A DNA stretch of 64,000 nucleotides from an uncultured Hyphomicrobiales bacterium (GCA_964412955.1 CAYPQV010000008.1:47309-111308); one strand, 5' to 3'. Positions 48,363 to 59,080 are shown, numbered from the stretch's first letter. The notes: a model not told the origin generated them from the sequence alone. A program made the numbers and translations.

Positions 48363-48938
48363 TTACGCTTTATTGCCTGTGAAACGCAGGAACACCACCT
48401 TGGCCGCGCCGTAGGTCCGCTCCTGCAACAATTGGAATCCGCGCGGCGGCTCGAACGGTTCCTTCGCGCCCATTTCCGCGACCACAACGGCGTTCTCGGC
48501 GAGCCAGCCGCGCGCAGCCACTCCCTGCAGCGCCGGAACCAGCAATCCCCGGCCGTAGGGCGGATCGAGCAGGGCGAGCGCGCACGGGGCGTGCGCGGCG
48601 AGCGGCGGGGGCGGAATCTGCGTCGCGTCCAGCCGGAGCGTGAGCACGTTGCGCCATTCGCCGAGGCGGGCGGCGTTTTCCTTGGCGCACTTGAGCGCGG
48701 CGGCGTCCGCATCGACGAAGGTCGCGCGCGCGGCGCCGCGCGAAAGCGCTTCCAGACCGAGCGCGCCGGTGCCGCAAAAAAGATCGACCACCGAGACGCC
48801 GTCGAAAGCAAAATCGGGAATCCCGTGGGCGAGAATGTTGAACACGGATTCGCGGGTCCGGTCCGAGGTCGGGCGCAATCCGGGACCTGGAAGAGTCTTC
48901 AAGGTTCGTCCGCGATGGCGCCCGGCGACGATTCTCAA
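48363..48938 (-). CDS. rsmD: 16S rRNA (guanine966-N2)-methyltransferase
   Basis: TTG start (LRIVAGRHRG...) with GGAG 8 nt upstream, overlapping the rluB stop (TTGA). RPT.DR.RE..FN, DLF.G.GALG.EALSRGA and DPPY motifs. Confidence 0.85.
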   Translation of the reverse strand: MRIVAGRHRGRTLKTLPGPGLRPTSDRTRESVFNILAHGIPDFAFDGVSVVDLFCGTGALGLEALSRGAARATFVDADAAALKCAKENAARLGEWRNVLTLRLDATQIPPPPLAAHAPCALALLDPPYGRGLLVPALQGVAARGWLAENAVVVAEMGAKEPFEPPRGFQLLQERTYGAAKVVFLRFTGNKA

Positions 48939-49714
48939 ACGACCGACTCCCCGCCCAACTGCTCGCGCAGGACCTTGCCCGACACTTCCTCGGCCTCGCC
49001 TTCCGCCAGATGGCCGAGCTGGAAGGGACCGTAGGCGACGCGGATCAGGCGGTTGACGGAAAGCCCCAGGTGTTCCAGCACCCGGCGCACCTCGCGGTTC
49101 TTGCCTTCGGTCAGGGCCACCGTCAGCCACACGTTCGCCCCTTTCTTGGAATCGATCGCCGCCCGGATCGGGCCGTAATGCACGCCGGACACGGTGATGC
49201 CGTCCTTGAGCCTGGCCAACGCCTTGTCGTCCACGGCGCCGAACGCGCGCACCCGGTAGCGCCGGGTCCAGCCGGTTGCCGGCAGTTCCAATTTCCGCGC
49301 GAGTCCGCCGTCGTTGGTGAGCAGCAGCAGGCCTTCCGAATTGAAATCGAGCCGTCCGACCGAAACTACCCGGGGCAATCCCTTGGGCAATTTTTCGAAC
49401 ACGGTCGGGCGTCCCCGCGGGTCCTTGTGGGTGGTCATCAGGCCGCGCGGCTTGTGGTAGCGCCAGAGCCGGGCCGGTTCCTTCATCGGCAGCGCTTGGC
49501 CGTCCACCACGATCGAATCCGCTTCCGTGACCGTGGTCGCGGGCGTGGCCAGCACTTGGCCGTTGACGGCGACCCGGCCCGCCGCGATCCAGCGTTCCGC
49601 CTCGCGGCGCGAACAGAGCCCGGCGCGAGCCATGACCTTGGCGATGCGCTCGCCTTTGGTCGCTTCGCTCCGGGTGCCCTTGGCCGATGCGTCTTCTTTA
49701 GCGGTTGCGTTCAT
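48935..49714 (-). CDS. rluB: Pseudouridine synthase, RsuA/RluB family (S4 domain + catalytic domain)
   Basis: 259 aa. ERIAKV.ARAG.CSRREAE..I..GRV.VNG S4 domain, and GRLD..SEGLLLLTNDG catalytic Asp motif. Confidence 0.8.
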   Translation of the reverse strand: MNATAKEDASAKGTRSEATKGERIAKVMARAGLCSRREAERWIAAGRVAVNGQVLATPATTVTEADSIVVDGQALPMKEPARLWRYHKPRGLMTTHKDPRGRPTVFEKLPKGLPRVVSVGRLDFNSEGLLLLTNDGGLARKLELPATGWTRRYRVRAFGAVDDKALARLKDGITVSGVHYGPIRAAIDSKKGANVWLTVALTEGKNREVRRVLEHLGLSVNRLIRVAYGPFQLGHLAEGEAEEVSGKVLREQLGGESVV

Positions 49715-50420
49715 GGCACGCGGCGATAAAGGCGCTGAAAATCTTCCGATCGCCGTCCGAAATCAGGAATTCCGGGTGCCACTGCACGCCGAGGCAGAAG
49801 CGGTAACGCGGCGCCTCGATCCCCTCGATGACGCCGTCGGCGGCGCGGGCGTTGACGACGACGCCTTGCGGCTCGTCCAGCGCCGCCTGGTGGTGCGCGC
49901 TGTTGACCGGCAAGGACGCGACGCCGACGATGCGGTGCAGCAGCGTGCCGGGAACGACGGCGACGTCGTGGCCGGGCTCGTCGCGCGGGTTGGGCTGCTC
50001 GTGGGCGAGCGCGTCCTTGATTTCGTCCGGGATGTGCTGGATCAACCGCCCGCCGAGGACGACGTGCAGCAACTGCTGGCCGCCGCAGATGCCGAGCACC
50101 GGCATGTCGCGCTCGAGCGCGCCCCTGACCAAGGCGAGTTCGAACGCGGTGCGGCGGCCCTTGGTCTTGACGGTGGCGTGACGGGAATCTGAGCCGAAGA
50201 TCGCCGGATCGACGTCGAAGGCGCCGCCGGTGACGACGATGCCGCCCAAGGCATCGAGATAGGATTCCGCCTTTTCGACCTCGTGCGGCAGCGGCACCGG
50301 CAAGCCGCCCGCGCCGGCCACCGCGGCGCAGTAGTTCTCGCGGAGCGCGTACCAGGGAAACTTGGAATAGCCGCCGGGCTCTTCCGAATCGAGGGTGATG
50401 CCGATCAGGGGAAGGGTCAT
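49698..50420 (-). CDS. Gamma-glutamyl-gamma-aminobutyrate hydrolase family protein (peptidase C26, class-I glutamine amidotransferase fold)
   Basis: ATG at 50420 (MTLPLIGIT...). GICGG.Q nucleophile elbow, ...NS.HHQA..., ...GVQWHPE.... Confidence 0.8.
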   Translation of the reverse strand: MTLPLIGITLDSEEPGGYSKFPWYALRENYCAAVAGAGGLPVPLPHEVEKAESYLDALGGIVVTGGAFDVDPAIFGSDSRHATVKTKGRRTAFELALVRGALERDMPVLGICGGQQLLHVVLGGRLIQHIPDEIKDALAHEQPNPRDEPGHDVAVVPGTLLHRIVGVASLPVNSAHHQAALDEPQGVVVNARAADGVIEGIEAPRYRFCLGVQWHPEFLISDGDRKIFSAFIAACHERNR

Positions 50421-50483
50421 GGGCGGGGACTTTACGGCGCGCGGGCCTTGACGGAAAGGGCGCCGCTGCCCAAGGTCCGCGCC

Positions 50484-50936
50484 ATGAATAATGAATCCCC
50501 CATGAACCGCGCCCTGGCGCTCGCCCGCGAAGCGGCGGCGGCGGGCGAGGTGCCGGTCGGCGCGGTGATCGTGGACGGCGCCACGGGCGCGATCCTCGCC
50601 GAAGGCCGCAACCGCATGGAGGAAACGCGCGATCCGACCGCGCACGCGGAAATGCTCGCCATCCGGGCGGCGTGCGAACGCGCGGGCGCGGCCCGGCTCG
50701 AGAACGCCGATCTCTACGTCACGCTCGAGCCCTGCGCCATGTGCGCGGCGGCGATTTCGTTCGCGCGCGTCCGCAGGCTCTATTTCGGCGCCTACGATCC
50801 CAAGGGCGGCGGCGTCGAGCATGGCGCGCGCTTTTTCGCGCAAGCCACCTGCCATCACCGCCCCGAGGTGGTGGGCGGGATCGCGGAACGCGAGTCGGGC
50901 GGAATCCTGAAGGCGTTCTTCAGGGAGCGGCGGTGA
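50484..50936 (+). CDS. tadA: tRNA-specific adenosine deaminase
   Basis: 150 aa. HAEMLAI and TLEPCAMCAAA zinc motifs. Confidence 0.9.
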   Translation: MNNESPMNRALALAREAAAAGEVPVGAVIVDGATGAILAEGRNRMEETRDPTAHAEMLAIRAACERAGAARLENADLYVTLEPCAMCAAAISFARVRRLYFGAYDPKGGGVEHGARFFAQATCHHRPEVVGGIAERESGGILKAFFRERR

Positions 50937-51950
50937 TCAGGCCGCGCGCGCGAGCGGCAGGTTGACCAGCAGGTTCTGCGGCTTGAAGCGCACCTTGCGC
51001 GCCTCGGTCATGGCGAGGCCGAGATAGACGGGGCGGCCCGCGACGCCCTCGCGCACGATCGAGGGATTGGCGAAATCGAGGCGGAACAGCGCGAGCAGGC
51101 GCTTCAGGCGATCCTCCTCCACGTCGATCCCCTTGTATAAATCGTTCAGGATCGCGCTCGCCTCGACGTCGAGGCCGATGTGCCAGACCCAGCGTTCGTC
51201 GCGGATCTGCCGCACCGGCTGGATGCGGACCTCGGCCCCGATCAGGCGGGCGATCCAGGCTTCCATCACGCGCGCGAACGCGTCCAGTCCGGGGCGGGCG
51301 AAGGTGAGATCGAGCACCAGGTCGCGGCGTTCGCTCCGTTCCCAATAAAGCGCGGCCTTTTCCGCCGTCAGCACGTCCATCTCGACGTTCTTCGGTTTCG
51401 TCCCGCTTTGCACGATCAGGCGGCCGAGATCGCCCATGCCGCGGGTCGCGCCGAGGGCCTCGACGGTCTCGGCATCGCCGAGCAGGACCGAACCTTCCTG
51501 GACGGTCGCGGTCTGGGGGCGGAAGAACAATTCGGCGGCGCGGACGCGGAAGGGATCGTCCGTGCCTGCGACGACCGCGTGCACGATGGTTTGCGCGAGC
51601 CGGTCGAGAAAGAGCGGCGGCAGGGCCACGCGTTCCTCGTGGAAGAGGCCGAGGTAGGCGCCTTCGACCGTGCCGGCGGCGGCGAGGCGGCGGAAGAAAT
51701 CCGCGATCACCCGCCAGTTATCGCGCGCGTCCGCGTCGCGCAACCGGGCGATGGACTCTTCCGTGATCGGCGCTTGCGGCGCCGCCAGGGCGGCGGCGTG
51801 GAGCGCGCGTTCGGCCGGGCACGATTCGGGCGCGAGCGCGACTTCGGGCCTGGCCAGCCAGGCGCGGAGATAATCGTCGGTGACGACGAGGTGGCCGGCG
51901 CGATCGCGCGCGAGAAGCGCCAGCCCCGAATCGGGCCAGAATTCAGGCAT
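50937..51950 (-). CDS. Conserved hypothetical protein (resembles DUF6352-type proteins)
   Basis: ATG at 51950 (MPEFWPDSGLALLARD..G.L.VTDDYLRAWLARPE...), 337 aa, with good GC3 bias. No recognisable catalytic motif. The family assignment is from memory only. Confidence 0.5.
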   Translation of the reverse strand: MPEFWPDSGLALLARDRAGHLVVTDDYLRAWLARPEVALAPESCPAERALHAAALAAPQAPITEESIARLRDADARDNWRVIADFFRRLAAAGTVEGAYLGLFHEERVALPPLFLDRLAQTIVHAVVAGTDDPFRVRAAELFFRPQTATVQEGSVLLGDAETVEALGATRGMGDLGRLIVQSGTKPKNVEMDVLTAEKAALYWERSERRDLVLDLTFARPGLDAFARVMEAWIARLIGAEVRIQPVRQIRDERWVWHIGLDVEASAILNDLYKGIDVEEDRLKRLLALFRLDFANPSIVREGVAGRPVYLGLAMTEARKVRFKPQNLLVNLPLARAA

Positions 51951-51954
51951 GCGC

Positions 51955-52275
<321 letters not shown>

Positions 52276-52292
52276 GAATGCTCCCTCTCCTT

Positions 52293-53570
52293 CTAACCGG
52301 CGAGGCGGATCGCGCGCCAGCCGATGTCGCGCCGGCAGAAGCCGCCCGGCCAGCGGATGCGGTCGACCGCGGCGTAGGCGTTGCGTTGCGCGTCCGCGAC
52401 CGTGGCCCCGAGCGCGGTGACGGCGAGCACCCGCCCGCCGACCGCGAGCAGCCGGCCGTTCGCCCGCGACGTGCCGGCGTGAAACACGTGAACTCCGTCG
52501 ATTTCCTCGGCTTCGTCGAGGCCCTCGATCTCGGAGCCCTTTTCGTAAGCGCCGGGATAGCCTTTCGCCGCCATCACCACCGCGAGCGCGGCTTCGGCGC
52601 GCCACGTCACCCCGACCCGGTCGAGCCGGCCGGTCGCGCAGGCGTGCAATACTTCGAGCGCATCGGATTGCAGGCGCGGCATCAGCACCTGGCATTCGGG
52701 ATCGCCGAAGCGGGCGTTGTATTCCAGAACCTTGGGGCCGTCCTTGGTCATCATCAGCCCGGCGAACAACACGCCGCGAAAGGGCTTGCCCTCGGCCACC
52801 AGCCCCTTGGCCATCGGCACGATGCAACGCGCCATGATGTCGCGTTCCAGCTCGGGCATAATCAACGGCGTCGGCGAATAGGCGCCCATGCCGCCGGTGT
52901 TGGGCCCCTTGTCGCCGTCGTCGCGCGCCTTGTGATCCTGGCAGGCGCCGAAGGGAATGGCATGTTCGCCGTCCACCAGGGCGAAGAAGCTGACTTCCTC
53001 GCCTTCCAGGCACTGCTCGATCACCACCTCGTCGCCGGAAGCGCCGAACGCCTGTTCGGTCATCACGTGATCGATGGCGGCGTAGGCTTCGTTGACGTTG
53101 TGGCAGACGGTGACGCCCTTGCCGGCGGCGAGGCCGTCGGCCTTGACCACGATCGGCGCGCCTCGGGCGCGGATGTATTCCTTGGCGGCGTCGGGTTCGT
53201 CGAAGCGGGCGTAATCGGCGGTGGGAATATTGTATTTGGCGCAGAGGTCCTTCATCAGGGCCTTGGACCCTTCGATCGCGGCGGCGGCTTGGGAAGGGCC
53301 GAACACGGCGATGCCGGCTTCCGTCAGGCGGTCGGCCAGGCCCGCGACCAACGGCGCTTCCGGTCCGACCACGACGAAATCAACGGCCCGCTCGCGCGCG
53401 AACGCAACCATTCCGTCGAGGTCCTCGGTCGCGATTTCGACGCATTCGGCGAGCCTGCCGATGCCGGGGTTGCCGGGCGCGCAATAGAGCTGGGAACAGC
53501 GGGGCGACTTGGCGATCGCCCAGCAGAGCGCGTGCTCCCGCCCGCCGCCACCGACCACCAGGACCTTCAT
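52293..53570 (-). CDS. purD: Phosphoribosylamine--glycine ligase
   Basis: 425 aa. MKVLV.GGGGREHAL.W....S, ATP-grasp, ...GPNTGGMGAYSP.... Confidence 0.95.
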   Translation of the reverse strand: MKVLVVGGGGREHALCWAIAKSPRCSQLYCAPGNPGIGRLAECVEIATEDLDGMVAFARERAVDFVVVGPEAPLVAGLADRLTEAGIAVFGPSQAAAAIEGSKALMKDLCAKYNIPTADYARFDEPDAAKEYIRARGAPIVVKADGLAAGKGVTVCHNVNEAYAAIDHVMTEQAFGASGDEVVIEQCLEGEEVSFFALVDGEHAIPFGACQDHKARDDGDKGPNTGGMGAYSPTPLIMPELERDIMARCIVPMAKGLVAEGKPFRGVLFAGLMMTKDGPKVLEYNARFGDPECQVLMPRLQSDALEVLHACATGRLDRVGVTWRAEAALAVVMAAKGYPGAYEKGSEIEGLDEAEEIDGVHVFHAGTSRANGRLLAVGGRVLAVTALGATVADAQRNAYAAVDRIRWPGGFCRRDIGWRAIRLAG

Positions 53571-53661
53571 CGCCCGCTTCCCATGAAAATCGACACCAAC
53601 ATCGACGCCAAAATTGCCCCCAAAATTGACGGGCGTATCCGCCGTCCCTCATACTGGCCGC

Positions 53662-55086
53662 ATGGCTGGCAACTTAGCGACTCCCGCGACGGCCGACAAC
53701 CTTCCGATTTTTTCGGTCAGCGAGATCGCGGGCGCGATCAAGGCCGCGGTCGAGGGGGCATTCCCGCTGGTCCGCGTGCGCGGAGAAATTTCCGGGTTCA
53801 AGCGCGCGGCCAGCGGCCACGTCTATTTCACGCTCAAGGACGAAGACGCGGTCCTGAGCGCGGTCGCCTGGCGCGGCGCCGCCGGCCGGCTCGGGCTCGC
53901 GCCCGAAGACGGCATGGACGTGATCGCCACCGGCCGCGTCACCACCTATCCCGGCCGTTCGCAGTATCAGCTCGTGGTCGAGCGGCTCGAACTCGCGGGG
54001 CAGGGCGCGCTCTTGAAGCTGCTCGAGGAACGCAAGAAAAAGCTCGCCGCCGAGGGCCTGTTCGCCGCCGAACGCAAGAAAAAGATTCCCTACTTGCCCG
54101 AGGTGATCGGCGTCGTCACCTCGCCGACCGGGGCGGTCATTCGCGACATCCTGCACCGGCTGGAAGAACGCTTCCCGCGCCGGGTGCTGCTGTGGCCGGT
54201 CCGGGTCCAGGGCGAGGGCGCCGCCGAGGAAGTCGCCGCCGCGATCGAGGGATTCAATCGCCTGCCGACGGACGGGCCGGTCCCGCGCCCGGATGTGCTC
54301 ATTGTCGCGCGCGGCGGCGGCAGCATCGAGGACCTGTGGGCGTTCAACGAGGAAATCGTCGTGCGCGCGGCCGCCGCGAGCGCGATCCCGCTCATTTCCG
54401 CCGTCGGCCATGAAACCGATACCACCTTGATCGACTATGCCGCGAGCTTGCGCGCGCCGACCCCGACGGCGGCGGCGGAGATGGCGGTGCCGGTGCGCGC
54501 CGAACTCATCCAGCGCGTCGGCGAAAACGCCAACCGCCTGGTCGCCGCCGTCGAGCGCCTGGCGGCGGAACGGACGACGCGGCTCGGCGACCTCGCGCGC
54601 GTTTTGTCGCGCCTGCCCGCGCTGGTGGACGAACGCGCCCAGCGCCTCGACGAATGGTCGGAACGGCTCGCGCACGGCTTGCGGGTCGGGCTCGAGCGGC
54701 AAACCGCCCGCTTCCGGGAATTGGCCGCGCGGCTCGCCAGCCCGATCGAGCGCGTGGCGCGCGCGGAGGGCGCGCTCGCGGCGGAAGCGCGCGCGCTCGC
54801 CGCCGCGCTCAAGGCCGTGTTCGTGCACGCCAACGCCCGGCTCGCCCAGGCAAGCGCGCTGCTCGAAAGCGTATCCTACCGTAGCGTCCTCGGGCGCGGT
54901 TACGCGGTCGTGCGCCGCGACGGCGGGCCCGCCGTCGCCGCCGCGGGCGCGATCCGCAAGGGCGACCGCCTTTCGCTCGAATTCCACGACGGTCGCGCCG
55001 ACGCCGTCGCCACTTCCGGCGGCGCGCCGCAACCGGAGACGCCCTCGTCGCCGCCGAACGGCGGGCGCCAGGGCAAGCTTCTGTGA
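53662..55086 (+). CDS. xseA: Exodeoxyribonuclease VII large subunit
   Basis: ...FSVSE....IK..VE..F..V.V.GEIS.FK...SGH.YF.LKD OB-fold N-terminus, ...ARGGGS.EDLW.FN... and ...GHE.D.T..D..A. Start at ATG 53662, or the track start 53614. Confidence 0.9.
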   Translation: MAGNLATPATADNLPIFSVSEIAGAIKAAVEGAFPLVRVRGEISGFKRAASGHVYFTLKDEDAVLSAVAWRGAAGRLGLAPEDGMDVIATGRVTTYPGRSQYQLVVERLELAGQGALLKLLEERKKKLAAEGLFAAERKKKIPYLPEVIGVVTSPTGAVIRDILHRLEERFPRRVLLWPVRVQGEGAAEEVAAAIEGFNRLPTDGPVPRPDVLIVARGGGSIEDLWAFNEEIVVRAAAASAIPLISAVGHETDTTLIDYAASLRAPTPTAAAEMAVPVRAELIQRVGENANRLVAAVERLAAERTTRLGDLARVLSRLPALVDERAQRLDEWSERLAHGLRVGLERQTARFRELAARLASPIERVARAEGALAAEARALAAALKAVFVHANARLAQASALLESVSYRSVLGRGYAVVRRDGGPAVAAAGAIRKGDRLSLEFHDGRADAVATSGGAPQPETPSSPPNGGRQGKLL

Positions 55087-55922
55087 ACCGCCTGCGCGCG
55101 GGCGTCCTGATGCTGGCCTTGGCGTGCGCCGCGCCCGGCGCGGCGCGCGCGCTCGAATTGGAGGGCGCGGCGACCCAGGGCGGCCTGCTCGTCGGCCGCG
55201 TCGAGCCGGGCGCCCGCGTCGACCTCGACGGGCGCGCGCTCCGGGTCGCGCCGGACGGGCGGTTCCTGATCGGTTTCGGCCGCGACCAGGCCCCCAGCGC
55301 GCGCCTGACGGTGACCGGCGCCGATGGGCGCGTGACGCGCCGCACCCTCGACGTCGCCCAACGCCGCTACGACATCCAGCGCATCGACGGGCTGCCTTCC
55401 CGGATGGTGACGCCCGACGCCGAGACGCTGCGACGGATCGAAAACGACCGCGCGCAAATCCGCGCCGTGCGCGCGGTCGAAACGCCCGAACTGCTGTTCG
55501 GCGCGCGCTTCGCGTGGCCGGCGGCGGGGCCGATCTCGGGCGTGTTCGGCAGCCAGCGCGTGCTCAACGGGGAGCCGCGCGCGCCGCATCTCGGCCTCGA
55601 CATCGCCGCGCCCGAGGGCGCGCCGGTCGTGGCCGCCGCCCCCGGCCGGGTCGCGCTGGCCCATCAGGACATGGTGCTGACCGGAAAGACCGTGGTGCTC
55701 GACCACGGCCACGGGCTGACCACGGTCTATATCCACCTTTCCGAAATTGGGGTGCGGCCGGGCGAACGGGTGGCCGAGGGCGCGCCCATCGGCCGGGTCG
55801 GCAAGACCGGGCGCACCACCGCCGCGCATCTGCATTGGGGCGTCTATTGGTTCGACGTCGCGCTCGACCCCGGACTATTGGTCGCGGGCTCGCCGCAGGC
55901 CGCGACCGCGCCAAAAAATTAA
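55083..55922 (+). CDS. Secreted M23-family metallopeptidase
   Basis: GTG start overlaps the xseA stop (GTGA). Signal peptide. PHLGLD (HxxxD) and AHLHWGV (HxH). Confidence 0.85.
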   Translation: MNRLRAGVLMLALACAAPGAARALELEGAATQGGLLVGRVEPGARVDLDGRALRVAPDGRFLIGFGRDQAPSARLTVTGADGRVTRRTLDVAQRRYDIQRIDGLPSRMVTPDAETLRRIENDRAQIRAVRAVETPELLFGARFAWPAAGPISGVFGSQRVLNGEPRAPHLGLDIAAPEGAPVVAAAPGRVALAHQDMVLTGKTVVLDHGHGLTTVYIHLSEIGVRPGERVAEGAPIGRVGKTGRTTAAHLHWGVYWFDVALDPGLLVAGSPQAATAPKN

Positions 55923-56824
55923 TCGCTCCAGCGATTATGCAGCCACAGCCACTGGTCGGGGCGCGCGCGCACCCAGGTTTCGATAATCGCGTTCATGCGC
56001 GCGGTGTTGACGGCGATGTCGGCGTGACGATCGCCGCTCTTCGCCAGTTCCATCGGCGGACCGATGACCAGGCGGAAATGCGCCCCGTCCAGGCGCTCGA
56101 CGCGGGCGGGCACCACCGGACAGTCGAAACGGAACGCCAGGTCGACCAGCGCGGTCGAGGTCATGGCATCCCGCCCGAAGAACGGCGCCGGCACGCCGTC
56201 GTTCATTTTCTGATCGACCATCATGCCGAGGTGATTACCCGACTTCAGGGATTGCAGCAGCGGACGCACGCTGCCTGGGCCCTTGGGGATCAGCGCGCCC
56301 TCGACCGCGGCCCGGCCCAGGCGGTAGAGCCACTCCACCAGCCGGTTGTTGGCGGCGCGATAGACCCGATCGAGCGGCAGTCCCCGCTGCGTCGCGCCGA
56401 GCGAGACGATTTCCCAGTTGCCGAAATGAGCCGAGAAGAAAAAACCGGGACGGCCGTCGTCGCGCAACGAATCGACCCACTCCGCGCCGATCACCGTGAC
56501 CGGGCCTTGCGGGTCGTAGACGTTGATTTCGCCCAAGTGCGGAAATTCCGCCGCGACCCTTCCCAGGTTGTCCCACATGGACCGCACGATGGCGGCGATC
56601 TCGACGTCGGACTTCTCGGGAAAGGCGCGCTGCAGGTTGCGCCGCGCGCGTTCGCTCAGCGAAAGGCGCGGGCCGACGACGCGGCCGAGCCAGCCGCCGA
56701 CGGCGGATGCGATTTCCAACGGCAGCAATTTGAACGAGAGATAGAGAGCGAAGGCGATCGCCGCCTCGATCGGATGGACGACGAAACGGCGAAAGACATT
56801 GGCGAGGCGGGGCGCGCGGATCAT
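55919..56824 (-). CDS. lpxL: Lipid A biosynthesis late (lauroyl/myristoyl) acyltransferase, LpxL/HtrB family
   Basis: 301 aa. N-terminal TM helix and the HFGNWE acyltransferase motif. Last gene of the Kdo2-lipid A operon. Confidence 0.8.
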   Translation of the reverse strand: MIRAPRLANVFRRFVVHPIEAAIAFALYLSFKLLPLEIASAVGGWLGRVVGPRLSLSERARRNLQRAFPEKSDVEIAAIVRSMWDNLGRVAAEFPHLGEINVYDPQGPVTVIGAEWVDSLRDDGRPGFFFSAHFGNWEIVSLGATQRGLPLDRVYRAANNRLVEWLYRLGRAAVEGALIPKGPGSVRPLLQSLKSGNHLGMMVDQKMNDGVPAPFFGRDAMTSTALVDLAFRFDCPVVPARVERLDGAHFRLVIGPPMELAKSGDRHADIAVNTARMNAIIETWVRARPDQWLWLHNRWSD

Positions 56825-57813
56825 TGGGCGGTCAACAAGAACCGGTCGAGGAAGGATTCGGGCGCCGTTTCGTCCTCCCAGACCAGGGTGGTTGTCAAGA
56901 CTTCGACTTGCGCCCGCGCCCAGGCGGGCAGGCGCGCGGCGTCCTTGGCCGTAGTCAGCGCCATCGCGCCCGACCGGGCGGCGCGACGGAAAATATCGGC
57001 CAGCTCCGGGTCGGAAAATACGTGATGGTCGGGAAAGGCCAGGGTTTCGCGCACGTCGATCCCGGCGGCGCGCGCGGCGGCGAAGAATTTTTCCGGCCGG
57101 CCGATGCCGGCGAAGGCCAGCGCCGCCCGGCGCGCGAGGCGGGCGGTATCGGGCGCGGGCGCGACGCGCGCGGCGAAAACGGGGATATCCGGCCGCGCGG
57201 CCCGAATGCGCGCCGCGGCGCCGGTTTCATCGCCGCCGAAAATCGCGACCGCATGCGCGCGCGCGAGCCCCTCGCTAAGCGGCTCGCGCAAGGGTCCCGC
57301 CGGCACGACGCGGCCGTTGCCGAACCCGGCCGCGCCGTCCACCGCCAGGATTGCGGCGTCCTGGACCAGCGAGGGATTCTGGAAACCGTCGTCCATCACC
57401 AGCACGCGCGCGCCGTCGGCACACGCCATTTTGGCCGACGCGGCGCGGTCGCCCCCGACCCAGGTCGTCGCGACCCGGGCCAGCAGCAGCGCCTCGTCGC
57501 CGACGGCGCTGGCGTCGTGCCGCGTCGGATCGACCTTGACCGGGCCGACGAGCGATCCGCCGTAGCCGCGCGTCAGGACGTGCGCCGCGTGTCCGCGCCG
57601 CAGGATTCGCCGGACGAGATCGAGCGCGAGCGGGGTCTTCCCCGCCCCGCCCGCGACCAGGTTGCCGACGCACAGTACCCGCGCCGGCGCGCGATAAGAG
57701 CTGACGAGAGCGCGGCGCGCGCGCCCCGCCGCCGCCCACGCGCACGCGAAGGGCGCGAGCGCCCGCGCGGGCCAAGTGTCATCGGGCCGGTTCCAGAATT
57801 CAGGCGCGCGCAT
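56821..57813 (-). CDS. lpxK: Tetraacyldisaccharide 4'-kinase
   Basis: ATG at 57813 (MRAPEFW...). P-loop VGN...GG.GKTP. Confidence 0.9.
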   Translation of the reverse strand: MRAPEFWNRPDDTWPARALAPFACAWAAAGRARRALVSSYRAPARVLCVGNLVAGGAGKTPLALDLVRRILRRGHAAHVLTRGYGGSLVGPVKVDPTRHDASAVGDEALLLARVATTWVGGDRAASAKMACADGARVLVMDDGFQNPSLVQDAAILAVDGAAGFGNGRVVPAGPLREPLSEGLARAHAVAIFGGDETGAAARIRAARPDIPVFAARVAPAPDTARLARRAALAFAGIGRPEKFFAAARAAGIDVRETLAFPDHHVFSDPELADIFRRAARSGAMALTTAKDAARLPAWARAQVEVLTTTLVWEDETAPESFLDRFLLTAQ

Positions 57814-59080
57814 CGATTCCGCCTTCGAGCAACGGCCGCAACGCCGCCATGACCGCGTCGAGCGCGCCCGCCTCCGCATCCGCCACCGCCGTCCCCGCCC
57901 GCGCCATGCGCGCGAGGGCGTCCCGGTCGCCGAGCAGGCGATCGAGGGTCCTTTCCAGCTCCGCCGCGTCGGCGACGGCGACCGCCGCGCCCGCGTTCTT
58001 CAGGCGCTCGGCGATCCCGGCGAAATTGCTCATGCGCGGGCCGAACAGGATCGGACAACCAAGCCGGGCCGCCTCGACCGGATTCTGCCCGCCCTCGCCC
58101 GCGAGCGACTTGCCGATGAACGCCGCGCGGGCGAGACGGTAGAAAAGCCCGAGCTCGCCCAGCGTATCGGCGACATAAATTTCGGTTCCCGGTTCCGGTG
58201 CTTCACCCGCTCCGCGCCGCGCGCACGCGAAACCTTCCCGGCACAATTCCGCCGCGACCGCCGCGCCCCGTTCGGGATGACGCGGGGCGATCACCGTGAG
58301 CAGACCGGGATGACGGCCGGCGGCGGCGCGGTGCGCCCTGGCCGCCATGGCCTCCTCGCCCGGATGGGTGCTGGCGGCGAACCATACCGGCCGCTCGCCG
58401 ATCGCGGCGCGAAGGCGCGCGAGTTCGTCCGCGTCGGCCGGCAGCGGCGGCGCCGCGAACTTGAGGTTGCCGACGCAACGCGCGTCGCGCGCGCCGAGTT
58501 CGTTGAGGCGGCGCGCGTCCTCCGCCGTCTGGCCGAGGCAGAGGGTAAATCCCCGCAGCAGCGCGCGGATCATGCCGGGCGCCCAGCGCCAACCGGCGAA
58601 CGAGCGGTCGGAAACGCGGCCCTGGATGAGGGCCGAGGGAATGGCGCGGGCGAACACCTCGGACAAAAGGTTGGGCCAGAATTCCGATTCCACCCACAGC
58701 GCCGCGTCGGGCCGCCAATGGTCGAGAAACGCGCGCGCCGCGTCCGGCAGATCGATCGGCGCGTACTGGTGAAAGGCTCCCGCGCCGAGGCGTTCCGCCA
58801 TCAGCCGCGCCGAGGTGACGGTGCCGGTGGTGACGAGGACGCGCGTCGGCCGCGTGGACACCGCCGGGATCCGCTCCGCCAGCGGCAAAATGGACAGGCT
58901 TTCGCCGACGCTTGCGGCATGGACCCAGACCAGCCTCCCCTCGGGCCGCGCGCGACCGGCGCGGCCGAGGCGCTCGCCGAAACGGTGGCGGTCTTCCTTG
59001 CCGCGCGCCAGGCGCCGGGACAGATGCCAGCGCGCGAACGGGCCGAGCAGCGCGGTCGCCGTACGATAGAGCGCGAGCAT
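57800..59080 (-). CDS. waaA: 3-deoxy-D-manno-octulosonic acid (Kdo) transferase
   Basis: ATG at 59080 (MLALYR...). ...W.HA.SVGE......L....., and a C-terminal ...GGQNP.EAA..G.P...GP....F... pattern. Confidence 0.9.
   Translation of the reverse strand: MLALYRTATALLGPFARWHLSRRLARGKEDRHRFGERLGRAGRARPEGRLVWVHAASVGESLSILPLAERIPAVSTRPTRVLVTTGTVTSARLMAERLGAGAFHQYAPIDLPDAARAFLDHWRPDAALWVESEFWPNLLSEVFARAIPSALIQGRVSDRSFAGWRWAPGMIRALLRGFTLCLGQTAEDARRLNELGARDARCVGNLKFAAPPLPADADELARLRAAIGERPVWFAASTHPGEEAMAARAHRAAAGRHPGLLTVIAPRHPERGAAVAAELCREGFACARRGAGEAPEPGTEIYVADTLGELGLFYRLARAAFIGKSLAGEGGQNPVEAARLGCPILFGPRMSNFAGIAERLKNAGAAVAVADAAELERTLDRLLGDRDALARMARAGTAVADAEAGALDAVMAALRPLLEGGIDARA

Noticed and set aside
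53571-53661. Direct repeat CCAAAATTG (x2) in the purD/xseA divergent region as a possible purine-regulator operator
   Set aside because: It is only a 9-nt repeat occurring twice within a short AT-richer promoter region. It does not match the PurR box and there is no supporting context, so it is too weak to call.
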